Origin: an uncultured archaeon
Lineage (GTDB): Archaea > Iainarchaeota > Iainarchaeia > Iainarchaeales > JAAZKV01
DNA: 32,000 nt
NCBI GenBank assembly: GCA_964551375.1
Contig: CAZKBG010000001.1
Location: 777,329-809,328, forward strand
Direction: 5' to 3'
Shown here: in pieces, positions 1-10,416 of the stretch
Layout: each line of letters opens with the position of its first letter
Numbering within the stretch: position 1 is the first letter of the stretch
Made by a program: the position numbers and the translations under genes
The notes under the pieces: generated by a model
Databases searched by the model: none
Told to the model about the DNA's origin: nothing
The model's input: only the letters and a program-made list of their open reading frames with translations

Positions 1-2
1 GC

Positions 3-959
3 TCAAATGCCACAGTGACGAATTCTTTTTTTGTCGGCAGAGTAAAAGCATCAAACAGTTATGACAATAATATCTATGGATACGCAGGGTATGACCAAAC
101 GCAGGCAAACAAAGATATTAATTGTTATTTTACAAATCCAACTTTATCAAGCAATGTGTATAAAGAGGACAAAACTTCAACACCAACTTATGTAACTAAC
201 GCAGGCGCAAGTTACTTCAAAGGAAAAACAAGTTTAATTCGAATAAAACCTCCATTCTCAAACAGCACAGCTCCTGACTGGAATTTTAATTATACTGCAC
301 ACGCAGGAGTATGGTTTGGATGGAATGCAGAATACCCTCACTTCATTACAGACCCTAATCCATCACGAGTACCGATTGGTGAGTATCAATCAAAGGCAGT
401 TAGTCTGGGCGGAAAAAAGAAATGCATTGCTTTGACAACTGATATGACAATAATTTCCGACAGCAATATTAAGATTCAGATTCAAGTTGCTGACAATAAT
501 GTAACTTGGTGGACCACTCCAAACTGGGTTGGCCCTGATGGAACAAGCAATACTTATTATTCAAACGGAAATTACGCAGTTCCTGATGTTAATGCAGACG
601 GGAACTGGGTAAGATGGAAAGCAATACTTTATTCAACAAGCGATTATTTGACTCCGTCGCTAAAGACAGTTGATATTAACTGCATACCGACTGGAGAAAT
701 GGTGCTTGTGGCGAATGCTAGTAATGTTGTTTGGGAAGGATTTACGTATAATGCGTTAGTTGGGGGAATTCATGGTTCGCTTGAGTGGTTGTATAAGGTT
801 GGGAATAATAGTTGGCTTAGTGCGGATAATAATGTTTTTTCTGTTTTGAATAGTGGGAATCCGCTTTATATTAAAGCAAAACTTACCGGGACAATAGATT
901 CGAACGGGCCGATAATTGATAATAATGTAGTTGTGTCTTATAGACTAAATGTTAACTAA
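3..959 (+). CDS. C-terminal part of a giant GLUG-repeat secreted/surface protein (5' end outside window)
   Basis: The frame is open to the left edge (…SNATVTNSFFVGRVKAS), so GTG15 is not a real start. The C-terminal ~250 aa (YFKGKTSL…WNFNYTAHAGVWFGW…GPDG…GEMVLVAN…) match the C-termini of the next two giant ORFs. Confidence 0.85.
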   Translation, partial: SNATVTNSFFVGRVKASNSYDNNIYGYAGYDQTQANKDINCYFTNPTLSSNVYKEDKTSTPTYVTNAGASYFKGKTSLIRIKPPFSNSTAPDWNFNYTAHAGVWFGWNAEYPHFITDPNPSRVPIGEYQSKAVSLGGKKKCIALTTDMTIISDSNIKIQIQVADNNVTWWTTPNWVGPDGTSNTYYSNGNYAVPDVNADGNWVRWKAILYSTSDYLTPSLKTVDINCIPTGEMVLVANASNVVWEGFTYNALVGGIHGSLEWLYKVGNNSWLSADNNVFSVLNSGNPLYIKAKLTGTIDSNGPIIDNNVVVSYRLNVN

Positions 960-1054
960 AGTTAACTGATAAATTGGGCAATTTGCCTTGTTTTAATCCT
1001 GAAAAAAGCTTTTATTTAACTTAAACCTAATTCTAGCACAAAGCAGGGAACTTA

Positions 1055-4000
1055 ATGATGGCAAATTTTAACAAATTACTTTTAGGGATCTTATTAATTT
1101 TAATAATAAGTCAGGTTTTTGCATTTAGCGGCGGAACTGGAACAAGCGGAGACCCTTACAGAGTAAATGCCTGCGCAGATATTGACTGGATGGATACTAA
1201 TGCATCTACAAAATCAGCATACTATGTTCTTGATTCAAATGTGGACTGCGGAGTATCGCCTTATAATACAGGAAGCGGGTTTACTCAAGTAACAGGATTT
1301 GCAGGATCGCTTGACGGACAAGGATACTGGGTAAAAAACTTAATGATTTACCTTCCAACAACAAATAATGTTTCACCATTTGCTGCAGGAAGCGCGTTCA
1401 CAATAAAAAATATTGGATTTGATGTAAATATCACAGGACAGGATTATGTATCCGGATTCATGACTGATTATTTGAATAGGGACTTAAATAACATAAAAGT
1501 AAGCGGAACAATAATAGGGAGAAATTATGTGGGCGGAATTACATCAAGAAGCAATGCGGGAATAAAAATCACAAACAGCTCTGTTGACTTGACTTTGATA
1601 AGCGGAAATGAATATGTAGGGGGACTTGCCGCATACTATGGAGGGGATTTCAATTACTGCACAATAAAAATAAACCGAATAGAAGGGCAGTTTTCTGTGG
1701 GCGGAGCAAGCGGATGGATGTTTAATGGAAGCAATGGAGTGTCCTATATTCAAAATACAACTGCTGACATAAACCTACTAAAAGTAACACACACTTCAGC
1801 TAATGGCTATTACACTTTAGTCGGAGGATTAGTCGGAAGATTTTCTTCAAGCGGATTTATAAGAAGCGCAAATGTGCGAGTAAATTTAATTGATGTCAAT
1901 AATGCGACTGCAGACCCTGGAAAAATAGGGGGGCTTGTCGGAGGACATGACCGCGCAGGCGGATATCTTTATGATGTAAATTTTACAGGAACAATAAATT
2001 ATCGAAACACATCTGGGGCAGCGTACCTTGGGGGAATTGTGGGGCACGAGGAATCAGGGCCAATTACTTATTCCCGCGCGGATATTAACATTGACACAAA
2101 TCTTAGCTCAGCAAGCGGAACATATGTAGGCGGAATTATTGGAAGCTCAAGTTATGATTTGAATAATATTTATGTTAATTCATCATACATTTATGCAGCG
2201 GGCACAAATGGAAATTATGTCGGAGGAGTGGGCGGCTCTTCAAGCGCAGTTTATAACGCGGTGGCTGATATTGGAGAAGTAAGAGGATTAAGCCAAGTCG
2301 GCGGGCTGCTTGGAGGCTCAGGAATTGCAGCAGGAGTAATATCTTCAAGATTAAATGCAAAAACAATTGTCGGAACAACCACCGAAATAGGCGGATTTAT
2401 CGGATACGCAAAAGGGGACGTAAATTACTGCGATTCGAACGTTCAAATCTTAATTGGCTCTCAATATGTTGGAGGGCTTCTTGGAAATTCATTCAATCAA
2501 AGCGATGCAAGCTCAAAAGTTTATATGACTAATAGTTATGTTCGGGACATGAATGTAACAAATCCAACAAGCGTGGGCGGGCTTGTGGGGCGATTTTCAG
2601 GAAGAAGAGTGGAACGTTCTTTTGCGGAAGTAAAAAGACTATATGTTGATAATTCAGTCGGAAACGACGCGCTCATCGGAGGGCTGATTGGACAAACTGG
2701 ATACTCTGACTGGACAATAAGAGACTCAAATTCACGAGCGCAGATAGATTACACTTACAGCGGAGCATCAAACAATAGTTATATTGGAGGAATTGCAGGA
2801 AATACTGGAACTCCTATAAGCGGATGCAGGGCAGATGTAAATATTGATGCTGATTTAGGCACAAAAGCTCCAAATTATGTGGGCGGGATTACTGGAAAAT
2901 CAACCGGCACAATAACAAACTCTCACGCAAGCGGAGCTTACATAAAAGCAAAAAATAGCGGAGGCACTGGGGTAGGAGTGGGCGGAATTAGCGGAAGCTC
3001 ATACACAGTATATAATTCAACTTCAAATTTTATTGATATAAACGGAAACCTTAATGTTAGCGGAATCAGCGGAAACCTTGCTATTGGGGATGTGAACGGC
3101 TCAACTGCAACAATAAGCGGAATACTTTACGGAAAATACAATATCGGCGGAGCAGTAGGAAACGGAGCAAATAATTCAGTAGCAGTATTTAATTCAGGCG
3201 CAACAATAAACAAAATATATGCTGATAATTCAACAGCAAATGATATGTCTGTAGGTGGAGTGGTGGGGGTTATTACAAATGCAAGAACAGTAACTGGTTG
3301 CTGGGCAAGGATTGGAACAATTTATGCAAAAAATACGAGCGCATCAAACACTGGCGGAGTGGGAGGAGTTGCGGGATATGTTTATCAAAACTCAAACAAT
3401 GCCCCGATGAGAGATTCAAACGCAATAGTTTCACTAATACAATATGAAAGCACAAGCACAGGAGATGCATTTGTTGGAGGACTGGCTGGGAGACAAATGG
3501 GGCTTGTATCAAATTCTTGGGCGGATGTAAATATTGACGCGTCAATTGGAACATACACTGGCGGATATGTGGGCGGGCTTGTCGGGTACGCATATGGGGT
3601 AGTATCAAATTCGTGGGCAAGAGGAAATTATATTAAAGCAACAAAAACAAATTCGCAATATGTTGGCGGACTTGTGGGAAGATCTACTGGGATAACAAAT
3701 TCCTATTCAATATTTTCTGATATAAACGGGCTGACAAAAGTGGGCGGGCTTGGGGGATACTCAAGCGGAGCGGTGCTTGACTCAAATTCAGTTTTAAATA
3801 GCGTTAATGGGACAAGCAATGTTGGCGGATTAATTGGACTCGGAGATTCTGATGTTAACAGGTCAAAAACAATAATTGGCACAATAACTGGGACAATGCT
3901 TGTGGGGGGAGTAATAGGCGAATTATCCAACAGCTCCACATTTATGTATGATTTAAGCGCGGATGTAAATTTAATAAAAGTAACACACACAGCAGGCGGA

Positions 4001-5632
4001 CAAATTAATGCAGGGGGAATAATCGGGCTTGCAACAAACACAAAAGGAATGAGACAAGCTGCTGCGAGAATTAAATTAATGGATATAAATAATTCAAGCG
4101 GAAGCGATGCAGGCGGAATTGGAGGAATTGCGGGATATTTGTATCACAATGCAAATACAGCACAACTCTTAGACGCAAATTCAACAGTTCAAATAAATTA
4201 CACAAACTCAAGCACAGGCGCAGGATATATCGGGGGAGTAGTTGGGTTGCATAATGGATATATTTCAAACTCTTGGGCTGACTCAAATATTAATGCAGAA
4301 CTTGGAACAAGAAGCGGAACTTATGTCGGCGGACTTGCGGGAAATGCTGCAAGTTATATTTCAAATTCATATTCGACAGGCGGGAATATCCTCGCATCAA
4401 AGACAGGTGGGGGATATGTTGGTGGACTTGCTGGAAGAATTGGCGGAGCAGCAACAAATGTCTACGCACTCTACAATGACGTCAACGGAGTTGACTATAC
4501 TGGAGGACTTATAGGAAGCGGGCAAGGCGCAGTAAATACATACACAATAAATCGAACAGTGTATGGTGCAGATAGAGTAGGGGGATTAATCGGCTATTCC
4601 AGAGGGGATATAAACACTTCCTACTCAGGAGATGCAAATGTAATTGGAAGCACAAATGTAGGGGGAATAACAGGATACTATGATCCGCCCGGAACAACAT
4701 ATCACATAAATAATTCATTTACAACAACAAGAGTAACAGGAAGTTCAGTAACAGGCGCAGTAACAGGATATGTAGTAACATACAGCTGGCCTTCGCCTCC
4801 AGTAGTAAACACATACTACACTTTCGGCTCGGCAGCGGCTGGAAGAGGGACACTTGAAAGCGATGGACCATCATATTTTAAAGGAAAAGGAAAAACACTT
4901 CTTGGAATAACCCAAGGAACTTCCCCAAAACACCCTTATGCAAATCCTGATGCAAATTGGAATTTTAATTACACAGGGCACCCTGGGCTTTGGTACGGCT
5001 GGCAGTTAAGCTACCCGCATTTTACAACAGACCCTATTGTTACTTATGTTCCTAATGGAGAATATCAATCAAGAGCAATTGATTTAAGCTCAATGAAAAA
5101 ATGCATCGCGCTAACTACAAACATGATAAAACCTACTGACAGCAATATCAAAATCCAAATACAAGTTGCTGATAATAATACTTCATGGTGGGCATCTCCA
5201 AACTGGATGGGGCCTGACGGGACAGACAATACTTATTATTCAAACGGAAGTTATTCAATTCCTGACATTAATGCTGATGGAAATTGGATAAGATGGAGAG
5301 CAGTATTCACTTCCTCAAGCGACAGCTTAACTCCAACTCTAATAAGCATTGACTTTAACTGCATACCAATAGGGGAAATGGTGTTAATTGCGAATGGAAA
5401 TAATCTTAACTGGAGAGGGATAGCTTACAATGCGATAACCGGCGGAATAAACGGCTCGCTTGAGTGGCTTTACAAAATAGGAAGCGGAAATTGGGATTCA
5501 ATTGATAATAATTCCTTCCCTGCGCTAACCACTGGAACTCCTCTTTATATTAAAGCAATAATGACTGGAACAATAGATTCCAATGGACCAATAATGGATA
5601 ATAATATTGTTTTATCCTACCGCCCTAATTAA
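1055..5632 (+). CDS. Giant secreted GLUG-repeat (beta-helix-like) adhesin-type protein, ~1525 aa
   Basis: Long uninterrupted ORF. N-terminal Sec-type signal peptide (FNKLLLGILLILIISQVFAFSGG). Many YVGGLVG/NVGGLIG-type GLUG repeats and the shared C-terminal cassette. Confidence 0.93.
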   Translation: MMANFNKLLLGILLILIISQVFAFSGGTGTSGDPYRVNACADIDWMDTNASTKSAYYVLDSNVDCGVSPYNTGSGFTQVTGFAGSLDGQGYWVKNLMIYLPTTNNVSPFAAGSAFTIKNIGFDVNITGQDYVSGFMTDYLNRDLNNIKVSGTIIGRNYVGGITSRSNAGIKITNSSVDLTLISGNEYVGGLAAYYGGDFNYCTIKINRIEGQFSVGGASGWMFNGSNGVSYIQNTTADINLLKVTHTSANGYYTLVGGLVGRFSSSGFIRSANVRVNLIDVNNATADPGKIGGLVGGHDRAGGYLYDVNFTGTINYRNTSGAAYLGGIVGHEESGPITYSRADINIDTNLSSASGTYVGGIIGSSSYDLNNIYVNSSYIYAAGTNGNYVGGVGGSSSAVYNAVADIGEVRGLSQVGGLLGGSGIAAGVISSRLNAKTIVGTTTEIGGFIGYAKGDVNYCDSNVQILIGSQYVGGLLGNSFNQSDASSKVYMTNSYVRDMNVTNPTSVGGLVGRFSGRRVERSFAEVKRLYVDNSVGNDALIGGLIGQTGYSDWTIRDSNSRAQIDYTYSGASNNSYIGGIAGNTGTPISGCRADVNIDADLGTKAPNYVGGITGKSTGTITNSHASGAYIKAKNSGGTGVGVGGISGSSYTVYNSTSNFIDINGNLNVSGISGNLAIGDVNGSTATISGILYGKYNIGGAVGNGANNSVAVFNSGATINKIYADNSTANDMSVGGVVGVITNARTVTGCWARIGTIYAKNTSASNTGGVGGVAGYVYQNSNNAPMRDSNAIVSLIQYESTSTGDAFVGGLAGRQMGLVSNSWADVNIDASIGTYTGGYVGGLVGYAYGVVSNSWARGNYIKATKTNSQYVGGLVGRSTGITNSYSIFSDINGLTKVGGLGGYSSGAVLDSNSVLNSVNGTSNVGGLIGLGDSDVNRSKTIIGTITGTMLVGGVIGELSNSSTFMYDLSADVNLIKVTHTAGGQINAGGIIGLATNTKGMRQAAARIKLMDINNSSGSDAGGIGGIAGYLYHNANTAQLLDANSTVQINYTNSSTGAGYIGGVVGLHNGYISNSWADSNINAELGTRSGTYVGGLAGNAASYISNSYSTGGNILASKTGGGYVGGLAGRIGGAATNVYALYNDVNGVDYTGGLIGSGQGAVNTYTINRTVYGADRVGGLIGYSRGDINTSYSGDANVIGSTNVGGITGYYDPPGTTYHINNSFTTTRVTGSSVTGAVTGYVVTYSWPSPPVVNTYYTFGSAAAGRGTLESDGPSYFKGKGKTLLGITQGTSPKHPYANPDANWNFNYTGHPGLWYGWQLSYPHFTTDPIVTYVPNGEYQSRAIDLSSMKKCIALTTNMIKPTDSNIKIQIQVADNNTSWWASPNWMGPDGTDNTYYSNGSYSIPDINADGNWIRWRAVFTSSSDSLTPTLISIDFNCIPIGEMVLIANGNNLNWRGIAYNAITGGINGSLEWLYKIGSGNWDSIDNNSFPALTTGTPLYIKAIMTGTIDSNGPIMDNNIVLSYRPN

Positions 5633-5750
5633 AATGATCTTTTTTAACGCCTCAATTTTAATTAATGGTCAATGGCAAGGATTAAATATCTAAAATAACT
5701 AACTCTTCTGACTTGTTGGTCGAATTTTGAAAGTGAACTTTGTGAAAATT

Positions 5751-8700
5751 ATGAAAAAAATAATTCTTGCGCTGATTATTTTATGTATTTCAGCAACTGT
5801 ATTTTCAATAAACATCTCCGACTGCACAGGGCTTCAATCAATGAGCGGCGCAAACAGTTACACTTTGACTGGGAATATTGACTGCACTGCGACAAATACT
5901 TGGAACAGCGGAGCGGGATTTGCGCCAATAACTTCCTTCACTGGAACGCTTAACGGCGCAGGATACACGATAAGGGGATTGTATATTAATAGAACTGGAT
6001 CAAACAGTCAGGCGCTAATCGGGACAAGCACAAATGCCACATTAACAAATATTGTTTTTGAAGACGCTAATATTGCAATGTACAATTACGGAGGAGTGCT
6101 TCTTGCAAATGGGAGCGCAACAATATCAAATATTACTGTAAGAAATTCAATTATACGCTCGGTGGGAAATGTTGGGTATGTTGGAGGAATTGCGGGAAAT
6201 TATACCGGCGGGCAGTTTACAAACAGCTCAATTTATGGCTCAGTGGTAAGCGGACCAGGGTATGTCGGAGGATTGATTGGAAAATTCGGAATGGCTTCAA
6301 ATAACGCTTCAATAGACATAAATGACTGTTATGCGGATTTAAATTCAGTTACTTCAAGCGGGGATTATGTTGGCGGAATAGTGGGACAGCTCACAAATAC
6401 TGGGACAGGAACTTTGAGTTCAATCAACCGCTCAACAGCAGTAGTAAGAACTTTGTTTGGATACTCCTATGTCGGAGGAATTGTGGGCTCTCACGTTGGG
6501 GCTGGCGGAACAATTTCTGATGTTAATATAACTTTAAGCAGCTGGAGTCTTCGAGGCTCAAGCTTTGCGCGAATAGGTGGAATAGCAGGAAACTTGGCTG
6601 GAACTTTGACAAGATCATTTGCAATAATAAATCTTGATATCAATAACACCTCCGCATCAGGAGATTATGTCGGAGGGCTTGTCGGTTACGGATTAGGCTC
6701 CACAATTTCAGATTCATACGCTGATGTAAATATTGACACTACAATAAGCAATGCAGAAAGAGTAAATGCATATGTTGGAGGAATTGTGGGTTATGGGAGC
6801 AATATTTATCGTTCATACGCGCGAGGATACAAATTATACTCCGGACAATACACTGGAATGTATGTCGGAGGGCTTGCCGGAAGACTTGACGGAAATATTT
6901 CAGACTCAAACGCAACATTTACCTCAATAATCGGAGGAGGCGGATATTATGGAGACGGATATGTCGGCGGACTTGTGGGATACTTTCACGGAAATTATAT
7001 AATACGAAGCAAAGCAACAGCAAATTTAGTTAAAGTGACAAGAGCAAATTCAGTTGCCAATTATGCAGGCGGATTAATAGGGGGAATATCAACAGCAGGA
7101 AATAAAGACATTAACAACTGCACAGTGGATGTAAATAATGTTGAAGGATTTAGAACAAGCAATGGAAGTGATTCAGGAATTAGCGGATTAATAGGATTTG
7201 TAGCAAATGTTGCCGGAATTCACGTATCAATAAATCAAACTTCTGTTCGGTCAAAATTACTTTACGCAACAGGAGATGGAATCGGCGGATTTATTGGGTA
7301 CATGGTTAACTCTTCGGGCTCGCTAACAATAACAGATTCAAACGCAACAATTGAAAGAATACACTTATACGGCGGAGCAGGATACGGGTATGTCGGCGGG
7401 CTAATAGGAAGAGCATCAGTTGGAAGAGCAAACATAACAAACTCATTTGCAATATCCCAAATAGATATTAATCTTCCATCAAGCTCAAATGGCCTTGGAT
7501 ATGTCGGCGGACTTGCAGGCGCGATTGGGACAGGAAATGTTTCGGATTCATGGGCTGACACAAATGTAAATGGAAACTTTAACACCTATTCTCCAAGGTA
7601 TGTCGGCGGGTTAATTGGAAGCGCTGATGTTAATTTAATCAGAACATATGCAAGAGGAACTTATCTTGACGCAAACAAAAGCGGAGGATATTATGTTGGG
7701 GGACTTGCAGGAGCATGCTCATGGAATGTAACTGATTCAAACGCAACTTTTGAAAGAATAGACGGCAGCGGCTCATATTACGGAGACGCATATATTGCAG
7801 GGCTCGTTGGAAGTTTTACAGGAAATTATATTTTAAGAAGCAAAGCAATAGTAACTTCAATAACCGCGCCAACCTATCCAACTAACTTTGTTGGAGGCTT
7901 AGTCGGAGGAATTGGAGTAGCAGGAAATAAGGATATTAATTATTGCAGCGCGGATGTAAATATAATTTCAGCAACAAAAACAAGCAACGGCTCAACAACA
8001 GGAGTAGGTGGGTTAATAGGATTTGTGGCAAATGTTGCAATCAATTTATCAATAAATAATTCATCCGCTCGAACAGGGACTATTTATGGAATAGGAGACG
8101 GGCTTGGGGGATTACTTGGATATATGGTCAGCTCATCAGGCTCATTAAAAATAATTGATTCAAACGCAATTACTGACAGAATATATTTTTACGGGGGCGG
8201 AGGGAGTGGATACTTTGGCGGTCTTGCAGGAAGAGCCTATGCTGGCAGAGTAGATATAAATAATTCATTTGCAATTTCTCAAATAGATGTTAACGCAACA
8301 GCAGGTCTTGATTATGTCGGAGGGTTAGCAGGAGAGGCATCTTTATCAGGACTAATATACAACTCATGGGCTGACACAAACATTAACGGCTCGTTTGGAA
8401 CATATTCTCCGGGAAATGTTGGAGGGCTTTTTGGCTCGGCAGATGTAAATATAATTCAATCATATGCGCGAGGAAATTATATAAAAATAACCAAAGCAAA
8501 CGGCTCAAATGTGGGCGGATTTGCCGGAAAATTATCAGGAGATGTTTTGGATTCAAATGTTGTGTTTGTTGATATTAATGGAAGCAGTTCCTCATATGGT
8601 TATGGATATGTGGGCGGGTTTGTCGGATATTATACAGGCGGGTATATTTTAAGAAGCAAAGTTAATGCAGTACATGTCACTGGATACAGGGCAGACTCGC

Positions 8701-10358
8701 TAACGGATAAAGTAGGAGGGTTTATTGGATATGTTAGGTCAACAAAAGCCACTGACATAAACGACTGCTTTGTCACAGTAACTGCAGTGCGCGGATACAA
8801 AAATAACAACGGCAGCAGCTCAAATGTGGGCGGATTAATCGGAGACTCATACGGTTCATATCCTTTAACAATAAATCATTCATTTGTAAATGCAGATTTA
8901 ATCAGCGCAACCTCATCAGAAGTAGGCGGCTTAGTCGGGAATTCAAACAGATCTCCGTTAGTTATAATGGACTCAAACGCAGTGGTCAGACAAATAGTTG
9001 TTACTGGGACTCCGGGAAGAATTGGGGGGCTTGTTGGAAGCGCATCAACAAACTCTTTAATTACAAATACTTACGCTTCATCAAATTTAATTTTAAGCAA
9101 TTCCTCAGTATCGCCAGCTTATTACGGAGGGCTAATCGGACACATTGGAGGAGGGCTTGTGACAAAATCATACGCTGACACTAATATTGATGCAACAATT
9201 GGGGCTTATTCAGGCTCCCAAATAGGCGGATTAATCGGATACTCTGCCGCGCAGATACTAAACACTTATGCGCACTCAGGGTACATAATGGCAACAAAAT
9301 CCTACGGCTCAAGAATTGGGGGGCTTGTAGGACACCTTGACTCAACAGTGACAAACTCTTATGCAATAGTCGACACTGATGTAAACGGAGTGGATAACAT
9401 TGGAGGGGTGGCAGGATATGTTGGAAACACATACTCAGTTAATAATTCATTCTTTGTTGGAAGAGCAAAAGCAACAAGCACTCCTGATAACAATATTGTT
9501 GGAAATGCCTCCGCATCTAATGTAGTTAATTGTTATTTTTACAAAACAGGAGCTGCTTCAGTGTGCAGCCAAAGCGGAACAACAGTAACCTGTGGAATAG
9601 ACAATCCTTCTATGACTGATTATTTTAAAGGCAAAACAAGCACAATCAGATTAAGAGCTCCTTTCTCCGGCGGGGCAGTGGATTGGAATTTTAATTACAC
9701 AGGACACGCAGGAGTATGGTACGGGTGGTACAGAGATTATCCTCACTTTATACTTGACCCAACTACGCCGCATGTGCCTGTCGGAGAATACAAATCAGTT
9801 CCGTTAGAATTAGCAACTGCAAAAAAATGCCAGTATATTGATTTTAATTTTGTGCAGGTGGGAAACTCTGATGTGAATATACAGATACAAATCGGAGATT
9901 TAAACGCTGCAATGTGGGATGATTCAAACTGGTTCGGACCGGACGGCACAAGTTCAACAGCATATACTTTAACAAGCGACAAAAATATTCCATCCTCAAA
10001 AGGAAACGGCAAATGGATAAGATGGAAAGCAATGCTTTACGCTTCAACAGAAGGCGAAACCCCTGCGTTAAAAAGCGTTGACTTTAATTGTATACCAATA
10101 GGCGAAATGGTTTTAGTAGCAAATGCAGACCTTGCTACCTGGTATAGAATTGATTATAATGAAATATTTTCAGGAACACACGGCACAGTTGACTGGCTGT
10201 ATAATGTTGGATTTGGATGGGGAACAATAACACTCAATTCATTCCCTCCCGCAATTATGGGAAGCCCGCTTTATTTGAAAGCAAAAATAGCGGGAAGGGC
10301 GGATTCAAATGTTCCGGCAATTGACAACAATATTATGGTCGCATATAGGGTAAATTAG
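5751..10358 (+). CDS. Giant secreted GLUG-repeat (beta-helix-like) adhesin-type protein, ~1535 aa
   Basis: The ORF track starts at TTG5727, but ATG5751 gives a typical signal peptide (MKKIILALIILCISATVFS). Repeats and C-terminal cassette are paralogous to the 1055-5632 gene. Confidence 0.93.
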   Translation: MKKIILALIILCISATVFSINISDCTGLQSMSGANSYTLTGNIDCTATNTWNSGAGFAPITSFTGTLNGAGYTIRGLYINRTGSNSQALIGTSTNATLTNIVFEDANIAMYNYGGVLLANGSATISNITVRNSIIRSVGNVGYVGGIAGNYTGGQFTNSSIYGSVVSGPGYVGGLIGKFGMASNNASIDINDCYADLNSVTSSGDYVGGIVGQLTNTGTGTLSSINRSTAVVRTLFGYSYVGGIVGSHVGAGGTISDVNITLSSWSLRGSSFARIGGIAGNLAGTLTRSFAIINLDINNTSASGDYVGGLVGYGLGSTISDSYADVNIDTTISNAERVNAYVGGIVGYGSNIYRSYARGYKLYSGQYTGMYVGGLAGRLDGNISDSNATFTSIIGGGGYYGDGYVGGLVGYFHGNYIIRSKATANLVKVTRANSVANYAGGLIGGISTAGNKDINNCTVDVNNVEGFRTSNGSDSGISGLIGFVANVAGIHVSINQTSVRSKLLYATGDGIGGFIGYMVNSSGSLTITDSNATIERIHLYGGAGYGYVGGLIGRASVGRANITNSFAISQIDINLPSSSNGLGYVGGLAGAIGTGNVSDSWADTNVNGNFNTYSPRYVGGLIGSADVNLIRTYARGTYLDANKSGGYYVGGLAGACSWNVTDSNATFERIDGSGSYYGDAYIAGLVGSFTGNYILRSKAIVTSITAPTYPTNFVGGLVGGIGVAGNKDINYCSADVNIISATKTSNGSTTGVGGLIGFVANVAINLSINNSSARTGTIYGIGDGLGGLLGYMVSSSGSLKIIDSNAITDRIYFYGGGGSGYFGGLAGRAYAGRVDINNSFAISQIDVNATAGLDYVGGLAGEASLSGLIYNSWADTNINGSFGTYSPGNVGGLFGSADVNIIQSYARGNYIKITKANGSNVGGFAGKLSGDVLDSNVVFVDINGSSSSYGYGYVGGFVGYYTGGYILRSKVNAVHVTGYRADSLTDKVGGFIGYVRSTKATDINDCFVTVTAVRGYKNNNGSSSNVGGLIGDSYGSYPLTINHSFVNADLISATSSEVGGLVGNSNRSPLVIMDSNAVVRQIVVTGTPGRIGGLVGSASTNSLITNTYASSNLILSNSSVSPAYYGGLIGHIGGGLVTKSYADTNIDATIGAYSGSQIGGLIGYSAAQILNTYAHSGYIMATKSYGSRIGGLVGHLDSTVTNSYAIVDTDVNGVDNIGGVAGYVGNTYSVNNSFFVGRAKATSTPDNNIVGNASASNVVNCYFYKTGAASVCSQSGTTVTCGIDNPSMTDYFKGKTSTIRLRAPFSGGAVDWNFNYTGHAGVWYGWYRDYPHFILDPTTPHVPVGEYKSVPLELATAKKCQYIDFNFVQVGNSDVNIQIQIGDLNAAMWDDSNWFGPDGTSSTAYTLTSDKNIPSSKGNGKWIRWKAMLYASTEGETPALKSVDFNCIPIGEMVLVANADLATWYRIDYNEIFSGTHGTVDWLYNVGFGWGTITLNSFPPAIMGSPLYLKAKIAGRADSNVPAIDNNIMVAYRVN

Positions 10359-10416
10359 CGGATTAGAAAGGATTAAAAAGAATCAAAACATTATCTTTGA
10401 AAAGGTTTGATACAAA

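Noticed and set aside
1300-9500. CRISPR-like regularly spaced repeats
   Set aside because: The repetitiveness is in-frame protein repetition (YVGGLVG-type motifs) with variable spacing and diverged DNA, not identical DNA repeats with unique spacers.
1544-10047. Antisense and alternate-frame ORFs inside the giant genes (e.g. 1544-1753, 2175-2378, 3273-3620, 3703-4041, 4242-4514, 7262-7585, 9181-9432, 9743-10012)
   Set aside because: They lie entirely within strongly supported coding genes. Their sequences are low-complexity Leu/Pro/Ser-rich shadows of the GLUG repeats, with no recognisable domains.
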